Below, piece by piece: positions 1 to 8,606 of a stretch of 55,035 nucleotides of DNA. The stretch covers positions 1-55,035 of the forward strand of contig JAFCCO010000009.1 of the NCBI GenBank assembly GCA_017610175.1. Direction: 5' to 3'. Made by a program: the position numbers and the translations under genes. This DNA comes from Candidatus Iainarchaeum sp. (GTDB lineage Archaea > Iainarchaeota > Iainarchaeia > Iainarchaeales > GCA-2688035). Positions within the stretch are counted from its first letter, which is position 1. Each line of letters opens with the position of its first letter. The notes below the pieces were generated by a model. That model had not been told where the DNA came from, did no database searches, and was given only the letters and a program-made list of their open reading frames with translations.

Positions 1-1
1 A

Positions 2-955
2 ACCTGTGCAGCAGACTGCGGACCCGTTTGCGGGGACGGAGCATGCACCCACACAGAATCACTAATGACCTGCATTGCCGACTGCTTTGGCTGCGGAGAC
101 GGAATATGCAGCGAAACGGAGAGTTATGCAACCTGCCCGAACGACTGCATTTCAATGTGCGGAGACAGCGTTTGCTCTGAAAAAGAGGACTGCTTAAGCT
201 GCGAAGGCGATTGCGGAACCTGCCCAAAGGAAACAATTTTTGAGGAAACTGTTGTGGGCGAAGCAAGCGAAGAGGAAATTGAAGACGTGCTTGCAGAGGC
301 CGGAATGAAGCAGAGTGCGGAAAAGGCAAATGCTGCAATGAAGTTGCTTGATTTGGAGCGAAGTGTAATGGTTGAGGCTGCGGAAACGGGAAAGGAAAAG
401 CAGGCTTACAAATCGACAATTATAATCAGGGCAAGAAACACGGGCGAAAAGAAACTTAAGAGTGTTAAGATAATTGAAAGAATCCCAAAAGAGGTTGCGC
501 AGAACGCCTCAGAAATCAGAAGCCAGTTTGACTTTCGCATAATAAAGGCAGACCCAATCATTGAGTTTGAGATTGATGAGATTGGAATTGGGCAGGAGGC
601 AGAGGTTTCATACTATGTGGAAAACAAAATTGAGCAGGCAACGCTTGCCCGCTGGACCGCGGCAATCCCTGTGCAGGCAAAAGAGGTTAGCCCGCGCCCA
701 ACAAGCTGTGTGTACAATGCAGACTGCGACGACTTGAATCCGTGCACAAACGAAAGCTGCATTAAGGGAGTGTGCGGATTTGTTTCGGTTGCGAACGGAA
801 CTGTTTGCGGGTTTGGAATGGAGTGCTTTGACGCCGAGTGCGAGGAAATTGAAAAGATTGCAGTGGCCATTCCCGAAGACAACACGCTTTTGTACATTGC
901 AATAGCTGTTGCGGTCATCACACTGCTTGGCGCATACTACTACACAAGGCAGTAG
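2..955 (+). CDS. C-terminal part of a Cys-rich, membrane-anchored surface protein (5'-truncated by the window)
   Basis: Frame is open from nt 2 (TCAADCGPVCGDGACTHTESLM...). Contains repeated CGDGxC...E...C..DC units, a beta-rich middle domain, a CDDLNPCTNESC Cys module and a C-terminal TM helix (LLYIAIAVAVITLLGAYYY). Confidence 0.8.
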   Translation, partial: TCAADCGPVCGDGACTHTESLMTCIADCFGCGDGICSETESYATCPNDCISMCGDSVCSEKEDCLSCEGDCGTCPKETIFEETVVGEASEEEIEDVLAEAGMKQSAEKANAAMKLLDLERSVMVEAAETGKEKQAYKSTIIIRARNTGEKKLKSVKIIERIPKEVAQNASEIRSQFDFRIIKADPIIEFEIDEIGIGQEAEVSYYVENKIEQATLARWTAAIPVQAKEVSPRPTSCVYNADCDDLNPCTNESCIKGVCGFVSVANGTVCGFGMECFDAECEEIEKIAVAIPEDNTLLYIAIAVAVITLLGAYYYTRQ

Positions 956-963
956 TGCAATAC

Positions 964-971
964 TATTTAAA
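964..971 (+). promoter_or_regulatory. Putative TATA box for rio1 (leaderless-type spacing)
   Basis: TATTTAAA lies about 26 nt upstream of ATG 997. Confidence 0.45.
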
Positions 972-996
972 GAGCTTGAAGCAAAATTCTTTTGTT

Positions 997-1755
997 ATGG
1001 ACAAAGAAGAATTCAGCATGATGAAGCTTGTTCCTGATGAGGAGCAAAGGCGAGTTTTTGCAAAAGTGTTTGACAGGCAGACAATTCTGGCCGTGCACGC
1101 ACTTGCCTCAAAGGGATACTTTAAGGTTCTTGAGTTTGTTGTGAGCACGGGAAAAGAGGGGCATGTGTTTCGGGCAATGGATGCCGCGGGGAATTTTAGG
1201 GCGGTAAAGATTTACAAGATTGAGACAACAGACTTCAAGCACATGTCAAAGTATGTTGATGGAGACGTGCGTTTCCAGGGAATCAAGAACAACAGGCGTG
1301 ATTTGGTTTACGCCTGGACAAGAAAGGAGTTCAGGAATTTGAACGAACTGAACAAGGCAGGGGTTCGGGTTCCGTTGCCAATTGCTTCAAAGGCCAATGT
1401 GCTGGTGATGGAATTTATTGGGGAAAAAGGCGAGGCAAGCCCTCCTTTAAAGGAAAAATATGCTGAAAATGCGGAAAAATTGCACGCCACTTTGGTTGAT
1501 TTCATGGCAAGGATGCATTTTAAGGCAAGGCTTGTGCACGCGGACTTGTCAGAATACAACATACTCAACAAATCAGAGGAAATTGTGGTAATTGACTGCG
1601 GGCAAGCAGTTCCCACCACACACCCATATGCAAAAAGCTTTTTTGAGCGAGATGTGAGGAATTTAAGCAATTATTTGAACAAAATTGGAATAAAAAGCAC
1701 TCCTGAGTCTTTAACTGAAGAAATAAGGGCAAAGAAGGGCGAATTCTCAAAATAA
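997..1755 (+). CDS. rio1: RIO1-family Ser/Thr kinase (SSU biogenesis)
   Basis: Motifs STGKEGHVF, AVKIYK, W..KEF.NL, LVHADLSEYN, IDCGQAV. ATG 997 preferred over GTG 955. Confidence 0.95.
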   Translation: MDKEEFSMMKLVPDEEQRRVFAKVFDRQTILAVHALASKGYFKVLEFVVSTGKEGHVFRAMDAAGNFRAVKIYKIETTDFKHMSKYVDGDVRFQGIKNNRRDLVYAWTRKEFRNLNELNKAGVRVPLPIASKANVLVMEFIGEKGEASPPLKEKYAENAEKLHATLVDFMARMHFKARLVHADLSEYNILNKSEEIVVIDCGQAVPTTHPYAKSFFERDVRNLSNYLNKIGIKSTPESLTEEIRAKKGEFSK

Positions 1756-1852
1756 AGGCTTTATTTTTGCTCTGGAAAGCTTTTTAATGGTGATATTATA
1801 CTAATATTACATAGGTGCTGTTTCCCCAACACGCCCTTTTCTAGTGGTTTAA

Positions 1853-2383
1853 ATGGATGAATCTATCAAAGTCCCAAAGGAGAGAATTGCCGTTTTGCTG
1901 GGCAAAAACGGCGTTTCAAGAAAAAAGATTGAAAGCCTTACCGGAACAAAACTTAGTGTTGACAGCAAAACAGGCGATGTAAGGCTTGATGGCAAGGAAG
2001 GGAACTTAGCTTTTTATAATGCACTCAACATGATTAAGGCTATTGCTCGCGGTTTCTCGCCGGAGAAAGCCTTTGTACTTGCCGATGAAGAATACTATCT
2101 TGACCTGATTGACGTCAGCGAGGTTGCTGGAAAAAGTCAAAAGGAGATTGAGGCAAAAAAAGGAAGGGTAATTGGAAAAAGGGGAAAAGCAAGGGAAAGC
2201 ATTGAAAAATCGACCCACTGCTTTATTTCCGTTTACGGAAAAACAATTGGAATTATAGGAAAGGCTGATGATGTTGAAAAGGCCAGAAAGGCCGTTGAAA
2301 TGCTGCTTGAGGGGGCAAAACACACAACAGTTCTTGGCTACCTTAAAAGAACGGAATTAGAGGCAAGAAGATTTCAGTTATAG
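1853..2383 (+). CDS. dim2: KH-domain pre-rRNA processing protein (Dim2/Pno1 family)
   Basis: KH GxxG motifs (LLGKNG, VIGKRG), AIARGFSPEKA, ISVYGKT. Conserved position between rio1 and top6B. Confidence 0.92.
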   Translation: MDESIKVPKERIAVLLGKNGVSRKKIESLTGTKLSVDSKTGDVRLDGKEGNLAFYNALNMIKAIARGFSPEKAFVLADEEYYLDLIDVSEVAGKSQKEIEAKKGRVIGKRGKARESIEKSTHCFISVYGKTIGIIGKADDVEKARKAVEMLLEGAKHTTVLGYLKRTELEARRFQL

Positions 2384-2392
2384 GTGAATTGG

Positions 2393-4060
2393 ATGGACGA
2401 GGCAATCAAGGAAATAGGCGCGGAACAAATCTCAAAGGAATTCAAAGAACACTCGGTTGCTGAATTTTTTAAGAAAAACAAGCAGATGCTTGGGCTTTAT
2501 GGGAAAGTCAGGTCACTTACAACAATTGTCCACGAATACGTTACAAACAGCCTTGACGCCTGCGAAGAGACAAACATTCTCCCGGACATTGATGTGAAAA
2601 TTGACGAACTTGGGCGGGAGTATTATGAGGTAACCGTAAAGGACAACGGCCCGGGCTTAACAGAGGAGACCGTTGGAAAGGCTCTTGGAAAGCTGCTTGC
2701 GGGAACAAAGTTCCACAGAATGATGCAAAGCCGCGGCCAGCAGGGAATCGGTTCAAGCGGATGCACAATGCTTAGCCAGATGACAACCGGAAAGCCAATC
2801 AAAGTTATTACAGGAACCGGAAAAAACGTAATTTCACTTGAGCTCACAATCGACCCAAAGAGAAACGAGCCAAAAATCAGCAACAAAAAAGACATTGCAA
2901 AGGAATTCAGGGGCCTTGCGGTTCAGGCAAAATTTAAGGGCGTTTTATACAGGGACAGCGAACAGGGACCGCTTGAGTATTTGAGAAGAACGGCGATTGC
3001 AAACCCTCACGCACAAATCAATTTCAGGGACCCTGCCGGGCAGAAACTCAAATTCAAAAGAACACTTAACAAAGTTCCGGAGCGCCCAAAAGAGGTTAAG
3101 CCGCATCCAAAAGGGGTAACGGTTGACGAGCTTATAACACTCTCCAAATACAGCGACTCAAAGAAGGTAATCAGTTTCCTGAAAAACGATTTTGACAGAA
3201 TGGGCCAGAAGAGTATTGAGACAATCAAAAAGAAGGTTGAGTTCGACATGAACAAGGACCCAAAGCAATTGACTTGGGACGAGGCAGAGCAGGTTGTTAC
3301 AGCATTCAAGGAAGTTGACTTTATTTCGCCAAGCGGGGACGCGCTAAGGCCAATCGGGCAGGCTCACGTTGAAAACAGTTTGAAAAGCATTGTGGAACCT
3401 GAATTCTTAACTGTGCTTACAAGAAAGCCGCAGGTTTACTCAGGGGGATTCCCGTTCCAGGTGGAGGTGGCAATTTCCTATGGTGGAAAAGCGGGAAGAA
3501 CTGTTTCAGGGCCGGAAGGGAATGAGAAAAGGCTTGAAATAATGAGGTTTGCAAACCGCGCACCGCTTCTCTTTGATGCGGGAAACTGCGCAATCACAAA
3601 AGCCGTTCACAGCATTGACTGGAAAAGATACGATATCAAGGACATTGACAGGGCCCCAGTTACTGTACTTGTGAATTTCGTGTCTGTTCACATCCCATAC
3701 ACCAGTGCGGGAAAGCAGGCAATTGCGGACGAGGACGAGGTAATTGAGGAAATCAGGCTTGCGCTAATGCAGTCCGGAAGAAAGGCGGGAAACTATATTG
3801 CGGGAAAGAGAAGGGAAAAGGAAAAGCAGCTGAAGAGGGAGCTTTTCTACAAATATATCCCCGAGGTTGTAGCCGCACTTAATAGCCTGACAGGCGCAAA
3901 CAAAGCAGACCTAAAGAAAAAGCTTGAAAAAATGGTTCTGGAAAAGCTAAGGCTTGAGGAAGCAGAAGACGTAGAGGAACTCAACGGAAAGGAAGCAAAA
4001 GCTGAAAAGGGTGAAGAGGATGGCAAAAAAGCAGGTAAAAAAGCCGAAGACAATAACTAA
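2393..4060 (+). CDS. top6B: DNA topoisomerase VI subunit B
   Basis: SVAEFFKKN, HEYVTNSLDA, DNGPG, QSRGQQGIG, RFANRAPLL, VHIPYTSAGK. GGTGA RBS precedes ATG 2393. Confidence 0.97.
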   Translation: MDEAIKEIGAEQISKEFKEHSVAEFFKKNKQMLGLYGKVRSLTTIVHEYVTNSLDACEETNILPDIDVKIDELGREYYEVTVKDNGPGLTEETVGKALGKLLAGTKFHRMMQSRGQQGIGSSGCTMLSQMTTGKPIKVITGTGKNVISLELTIDPKRNEPKISNKKDIAKEFRGLAVQAKFKGVLYRDSEQGPLEYLRRTAIANPHAQINFRDPAGQKLKFKRTLNKVPERPKEVKPHPKGVTVDELITLSKYSDSKKVISFLKNDFDRMGQKSIETIKKKVEFDMNKDPKQLTWDEAEQVVTAFKEVDFISPSGDALRPIGQAHVENSLKSIVEPEFLTVLTRKPQVYSGGFPFQVEVAISYGGKAGRTVSGPEGNEKRLEIMRFANRAPLLFDAGNCAITKAVHSIDWKRYDIKDIDRAPVTVLVNFVSVHIPYTSAGKQAIADEDEVIEEIRLALMQSGRKAGNYIAGKRREKEKQLKRELFYKYIPEVVAALNSLTGANKADLKKKLEKMVLEKLRLEEAEDVEELNGKEAKAEKGEEDGKKAGKKAEDNN

Positions 4061-5162
4061 GGGAAAGGAAACCCCAAAGCAGGTTGCCAAAAAGCTTGAA
4101 AACATTGGGCACCAGATGGTCAAAGAAATAGGCAAGGGACTCGACCCGCATTTCAAGACACAGCTGAGGGGAAGAAGCAATGTTGAGTTCGACGAAAAAA
4201 GGGGAATTTTAACCCTTGGAGACAAGGAAACAACAAGAACCTTTTTGAACATCGGGCACGCGAAAAAATTCATGCAAACCACAATGATTGCCGCAAAGAC
4301 AAGGGATTATTTGAACCACAACAAGACGGCTTCAATCAGGGAAATTTACTACGAACTAAAGCACACCGTTCCAAACTCAAAGGAAAACACATTCGACGGT
4401 CAGACCGAGAGTGACGGGGTAATTGTTGACCTTGAGCACAGCGTGGACACAATCAGGGAAAAACTTAACCTGCATGCAAACCCGAAGGGAACGCTCTACG
4501 GAGACATAACCCTCAAGGACAAAATGCACCACAACGACAAATTCAACTGCGCAAAGTTGGGCAGGGGCGGCTGGAGCGTCATGTCCAGGCTTGAGCCCGA
4601 GGAAATTGAAATCGTTAAGGTAAACGCAAAATACGTTCTGGTAATTGAAACAGAGGCAATGTACGAAAGGCTTGTTGAGGAACAATTCGCATTAAAGAAC
4701 AAGTGCATCCTTGTAAGCACCGGAGGGCAGGCGGCAAGGGGGACAAGAAGGCTTGTTCACAGGCTTCACAAGGACGAGAAACTGCCTGTACTTGTTTTCA
4801 CAGACGGAGACCCCTACGGATGGTACATTTACAGCGTTATAAAGCAGGGTTCAATGGCGCTTGCGGCGCACTCAGACTACCTTGCATGCCCTGACGCAAA
4901 ATACATTGGAATGACCTTGGATGACGTTGAAACTTACGAGCTGCAGAATGTGACCGAAAAAATGAAGGACGGGGACATAAAGCGTGCAAAGGAAATGATG
5001 GAATACCCCTGGTTCAAAAACAAGGAATGGCAAAGGCAGCTTAAAAAAGCGTTAAAGGAAAAGATCAGAATAGAGCAGCAGGCCCTTGCAAACAAATCAC
5101 TTGAGTTTGTGGCAAAAGAATACCTGCCAAGGAAAATAAAGGAAGAGGACTTCCTGCCGTAA
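4020..5162 (+). CDS. top6A: DNA topoisomerase VI subunit A
   Basis: REIYY (catalytic Tyr), TOPRIM motifs IETEAM and DGDPYG, and IEQQAL. Confidence 0.97.
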   Translation: MAKKQVKKPKTITKGKETPKQVAKKLENIGHQMVKEIGKGLDPHFKTQLRGRSNVEFDEKRGILTLGDKETTRTFLNIGHAKKFMQTTMIAAKTRDYLNHNKTASIREIYYELKHTVPNSKENTFDGQTESDGVIVDLEHSVDTIREKLNLHANPKGTLYGDITLKDKMHHNDKFNCAKLGRGGWSVMSRLEPEEIEIVKVNAKYVLVIETEAMYERLVEEQFALKNKCILVSTGGQAARGTRRLVHRLHKDEKLPVLVFTDGDPYGWYIYSVIKQGSMALAAHSDYLACPDAKYIGMTLDDVETYELQNVTEKMKDGDIKRAKEMMEYPWFKNKEWQRQLKKALKEKIRIEQQALANKSLEFVAKEYLPRKIKEEDFLP

Positions 5163-5185
5163 GGAAAGTTACTTTTTTCTAATTA

Positions 5186-6223
5186 TTACCCCGCTATAAA
5201 CCGGTCCAAAGTTTTTGCCTTGGCAGAATCCCTGAATCCAAGCTTGCGCCTGAATTTTACCAGTTCGGTTTGCGGAATAAACAGGCCGTATCTTGCGCCT
5301 TTGCGGTGAAGTGTTCCTTCCTGAAAGGCGGTCCACTTTTGTTCATGGGAAAGGATTGCCCCCTCCCTCGGATTGCTCTTAACCCCAAACTCTTTTAGCA
5401 GTGAGTGAAAGTAATCCCTTAAATCGCGATTTTTCGACCTGAAAATAATCCCCTTTGTTTGCTTTACCCTGCCTGGCTTTCTCCGCTCCACAGGAAATGC
5501 ACCGGAATCAATTAGTGCCATTGCAAACTCCTTTCTTGCCGTTCTTGTTTTAAGGAACTTGCGCGGAATATGCCGCCCAAAGAAAGTGGCCTCATTCAGG
5601 AACTGTGCAATCTCAACAGAGCTTGCCCTTACATCAACCGCAATGGACTTCTTTAAACGGCCCTCTGACATGTCCCTTGTCCTTTCCTTCACCCTGTAGC
5701 CAAAAACTTCCTTTTGCGCCCTTGCAAGCTCGTTTTCCACAGACCCCTTCTTTACAGTTGAAGCGATTGTAACCTGCCCCCTTTTGTCTGTGTGAACAAC
5801 CAAGTGGCCGCTCACTCTGGCACCCATGACGTATCCAATGCGCGGGTTCTTAACTGCGGCTTTGTTCAGGTAATGCAGCCTTTTTCCAACATTAAAGCTG
5901 ATTTGCTTTGTGGAAATGACATGCGGCAGGGTTTTGCCGTTAAGCCAGTTTCCCAATGCAGAAACAGAAACTCCAAGGTCACCTGCAACCTTTTGAATTG
6001 TTTCTCCGCGCTTTACCCTGGCAAAGGCCCTTTTCAGCTTTACAAATTCGCGGCGCATTGCGTAAAGCCTTTTTCTTTGCCTTGGAGCGGGCGCGCCCCT
6101 CCACCCGTAGGCCAAAAGATACTGCTCCCTTACCTGAGAGAAACGCAGGGGCTCTTTTCCCCCCTGGAACTTCAGCTCCACATCCCCTGAAGGCATTTTT
6201 TTCCTTTGGCGTCTTTTTGCCAT
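5186..6223 (-). CDS. Highly basic orphan: HTH plus degenerate LAGLIDADG/DOD-like domain
   Basis: HTH TIQKVAGDLGVSVSALGNWLNG. DOD-like blocks IGYVMGARVSG, EFAMALIDSG, IIFRSKNRDL...LLKEFGV, YGLFI...FRRKLGF....K...L. Confidence 0.6.
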   Translation of the reverse strand: MAKRRQRKKMPSGDVELKFQGGKEPLRFSQVREQYLLAYGWRGAPAPRQRKRLYAMRREFVKLKRAFARVKRGETIQKVAGDLGVSVSALGNWLNGKTLPHVISTKQISFNVGKRLHYLNKAAVKNPRIGYVMGARVSGHLVVHTDKRGQVTIASTVKKGSVENELARAQKEVFGYRVKERTRDMSEGRLKKSIAVDVRASSVEIAQFLNEATFFGRHIPRKFLKTRTARKEFAMALIDSGAFPVERRKPGRVKQTKGIIFRSKNRDLRDYFHSLLKEFGVKSNPREGAILSHEQKWTAFQEGTLHRKGARYGLFIPQTELVKFRRKLGFRDSAKAKTLDRFIAG

Positions 6224-6265
6224 AATTTAATTAAGCAGTTTCCCGTTAATAAGATTAGTGATTTT

Positions 6266-6586
6266 GTGAAAACACTTATTTGCAGCGTAACCTGCGCTAA
6301 CAACAGGGCAGCAAGGAAGATTGCAACGGCGGTTGTTGAAAAAAGGCTTGCCGCCTGCGCAAACATTGTTCCGGGAATTGAATCAATTTACAGGTGGAGG
6401 GGCAAAATTGAGAACGGAACGGAAGTTTTGCTTCTGCTTAAGACAAGAAAGGAATTGAAGGGAAAGCTCAGTGCAGAGCTTAAGAAACTGCACAGCTACG
6501 AGCCCCCTGTTGTTGAGTTCTTTGAAGCCGACACCGGAAAAGATGTCGCTTCAGGGATAAAAGAAGAAACAGGAAAGAGGCGTTAG
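6266..6586 (+). CDS. cutA: Divalent-cation tolerance protein CutA
   Basis: RLAACANI, SIYRWRGKIE, LLLKT, LHSYEPP. GTG 6266 is the likely start. Confidence 0.92.
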   Translation: MKTLICSVTCANNRAARKIATAVVEKRLAACANIVPGIESIYRWRGKIENGTEVLLLLKTRKELKGKLSAELKKLHSYEPPVVEFFEADTGKDVASGIKEETGKRR

Positions 6587-6588
6587 CC

Positions 6589-8568
6589 TCATTCCTTGTA
6601 ACCGACAACTTCTTTGAGGTAATCCACAATTTCCGGGTTCTGCAGTGTTGTTGCGTCACCAAGCTTGTCGTTTACCAGCATGCTTCTAAGAAAGCGCCTC
6701 ATTATCTTTCCGCTTCTTGTTTTGGGCAAGCCCTTGACAAGGTAAACCTTGTGCGGTTTTGCGGTTGGTCCGATTTCCTTTCTCACCTGGCCAATAATTT
6801 CTTTCTCCTTTCCCTCAGAGGATTCAACCCCTGCTTTTAGCACAACAAATGCTATCGGAACCTGCCCGCGAATGTCGTCCGGTTTTGGAACAACGGCTGA
6901 TTCAATAACGTCTTGGTGCGAGGTAATTGCGTCCTCGATTTCTGCACTGCTTAGCCTGTGGCCTGCAACCTTCATAACATCATCCACACGGCCTGTGACA
7001 CGGATGTTCTGGTCATCGAACCATCTTGCACCGTCCGCCGTGAAATATGTTTCCTTGCCGTACTCGCTCCAATAGGTGTCAATGAATTTTTTCTCATTGT
7101 TCCACAGCCCGCGCAGCAATCCTGGCACAAACGGCGGCTTGAACACAAGGTAACCTGTGTCCTCACCCGAAACCGGGTGGCCCCTGTCGTCATAAATGTC
7201 CGCGGTCCCTCCCGGAAATGGACGTCCTGCAACTGTTGGGATGAATGGCCCTATTCCAGGCAGGGCGTTAATTAACGTGCCACCTGTTTCGGTCTGCCAC
7301 CATGTATCGATTACAGGGCATCTTCCTTGCCCCACTGTGTTGAAGTACCACATCCAGGCCTCCACATCAATTGGCTCACCGACAGTTCCAAGGATTCTGA
7401 TGCTTGAAACGTCGTGCTTTGTAATCCATTCGTCTCCCATTTTCTTGAACATTCTTATCGCGGTCGGCGCGGTGTAGAAAACCGTTATTCCAAATTTTTC
7501 CACTATGCTCCAAAACCTTCCCCAATCAGGGTAGTCGGGACCGCCCTCATACTCAACCATTGTTGCTCCAACCGACAGCGGACCGTAACAGCCGTAAGTG
7601 TGCCCCGTTACCCAGCCTATGTCTGCGGTGCACCAGAACACATCGTCATCGTGCAGGTCAAAGTCAAGCTTTGTTGTCCAGTAGGCCTGTGTTAAATAAC
7701 CTGCTGTGTCGTGAATTATCCCCTTTGGCTTCCCGGTTGTCCCGGAGGAGTAAAGAAGGAACAAAACATCGTTTGCGTCCATTTGCTCCGGCTCACACTC
7801 TGCCGGCTCGTTTTCAACAATCTCATGGTACCAAACGTCTTTTCCCTCAGTGGTTGCAATTTCGTTTCCTTCCCTTTTTACAATCACAACGTGTTCAATA
7901 CTCGGTGAAGAGGCGGCAATATCTGACTGCTTCTTGAGTTCGATTACCTTTCCCCTCCTTGTGTATCCGTCGCAGGTAATAATTAATTTTGCCTCGGAGT
8001 TCTCTACCCTGTCTTTTAGGGATTCACCGCTGAACGCAGAGAACACAACCCCGTGGATTGCACCGATTCTTGCGCAGGCAAGAAGCGTAATTTGCACCTC
8101 CGGAATCATTGGGAGATAAACGGCAACCCTGTCGCCCTTCTTTACCCCAAGTTTTTTAAGCGCGTTTGCAAACTTGCAAACCTGTTCATGTAACTGCCCG
8201 TAAGTTATTTTCCTTGCCTCTTCCTCAGTGTTTTCGGGCTCCCAGTGTATTGCAACCTTGTCCTTTTTGTCTTTAAGATGCCTGTCAAGGCAGTTGTATG
8301 AAACGTTTATTTTTCCCCCAACAAACCATTTGAAGTAAGGCGGTTTCGATTCATAGGCCGTATCCCATTCCTTAAACCATGTAAGGCCTTCTTTTGCACG
8401 GTTTTCCCAAAATTTAATCGGGTCCTTCTTGGCCTCTTCGTAAAAAGATTCATCATTAACGTAAGCAATTTTCTTCATTTCCTCGCTTGGCCAGAAAATC
8501 TGCTTTTTTTTCTTATCCTCTACTACCCACTGAACACCTTTTTTCAAAAAGAACCCTCCTAACTGCAT
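6589..8568 (-). CDS. acs: AMP-forming acetyl-CoA synthetase
   Basis: YSSGTTGKPKG, DIGWVTGH, VGEPI, DTWWQTETGG, GRVDD, PKTRSGKIMRR. True start may be TTG 8547 after GGAGG. Confidence 0.96.
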   Translation of the reverse strand: MQLGGFFLKKGVQWVVEDKKKKQIFWPSEEMKKIAYVNDESFYEEAKKDPIKFWENRAKEGLTWFKEWDTAYESKPPYFKWFVGGKINVSYNCLDRHLKDKKDKVAIHWEPENTEEEARKITYGQLHEQVCKFANALKKLGVKKGDRVAVYLPMIPEVQITLLACARIGAIHGVVFSAFSGESLKDRVENSEAKLIITCDGYTRRGKVIELKKQSDIAASSPSIEHVVIVKREGNEIATTEGKDVWYHEIVENEPAECEPEQMDANDVLFLLYSSGTTGKPKGIIHDTAGYLTQAYWTTKLDFDLHDDDVFWCTADIGWVTGHTYGCYGPLSVGATMVEYEGGPDYPDWGRFWSIVEKFGITVFYTAPTAIRMFKKMGDEWITKHDVSSIRILGTVGEPIDVEAWMWYFNTVGQGRCPVIDTWWQTETGGTLINALPGIGPFIPTVAGRPFPGGTADIYDDRGHPVSGEDTGYLVFKPPFVPGLLRGLWNNEKKFIDTYWSEYGKETYFTADGARWFDDQNIRVTGRVDDVMKVAGHRLSSAEIEDAITSHQDVIESAVVPKPDDIRGQVPIAFVVLKAGVESSEGKEKEIIGQVRKEIGPTAKPHKVYLVKGLPKTRSGKIMRRFLRSMLVNDKLGDATTLQNPEIVDYLKEVVGYKE

Positions 8569-8606
8569 TCAAAATTTTACTTAATTTATGAGAAATGTAA
8601 ATGATT

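Noticed and set aside
5186-6223. Intein or intron-encoded active homing endonuclease
   Set aside because: No Cys/Ser start or His-Asn end, the flanking genes are intact, and the catalytic acidic residues are missing.
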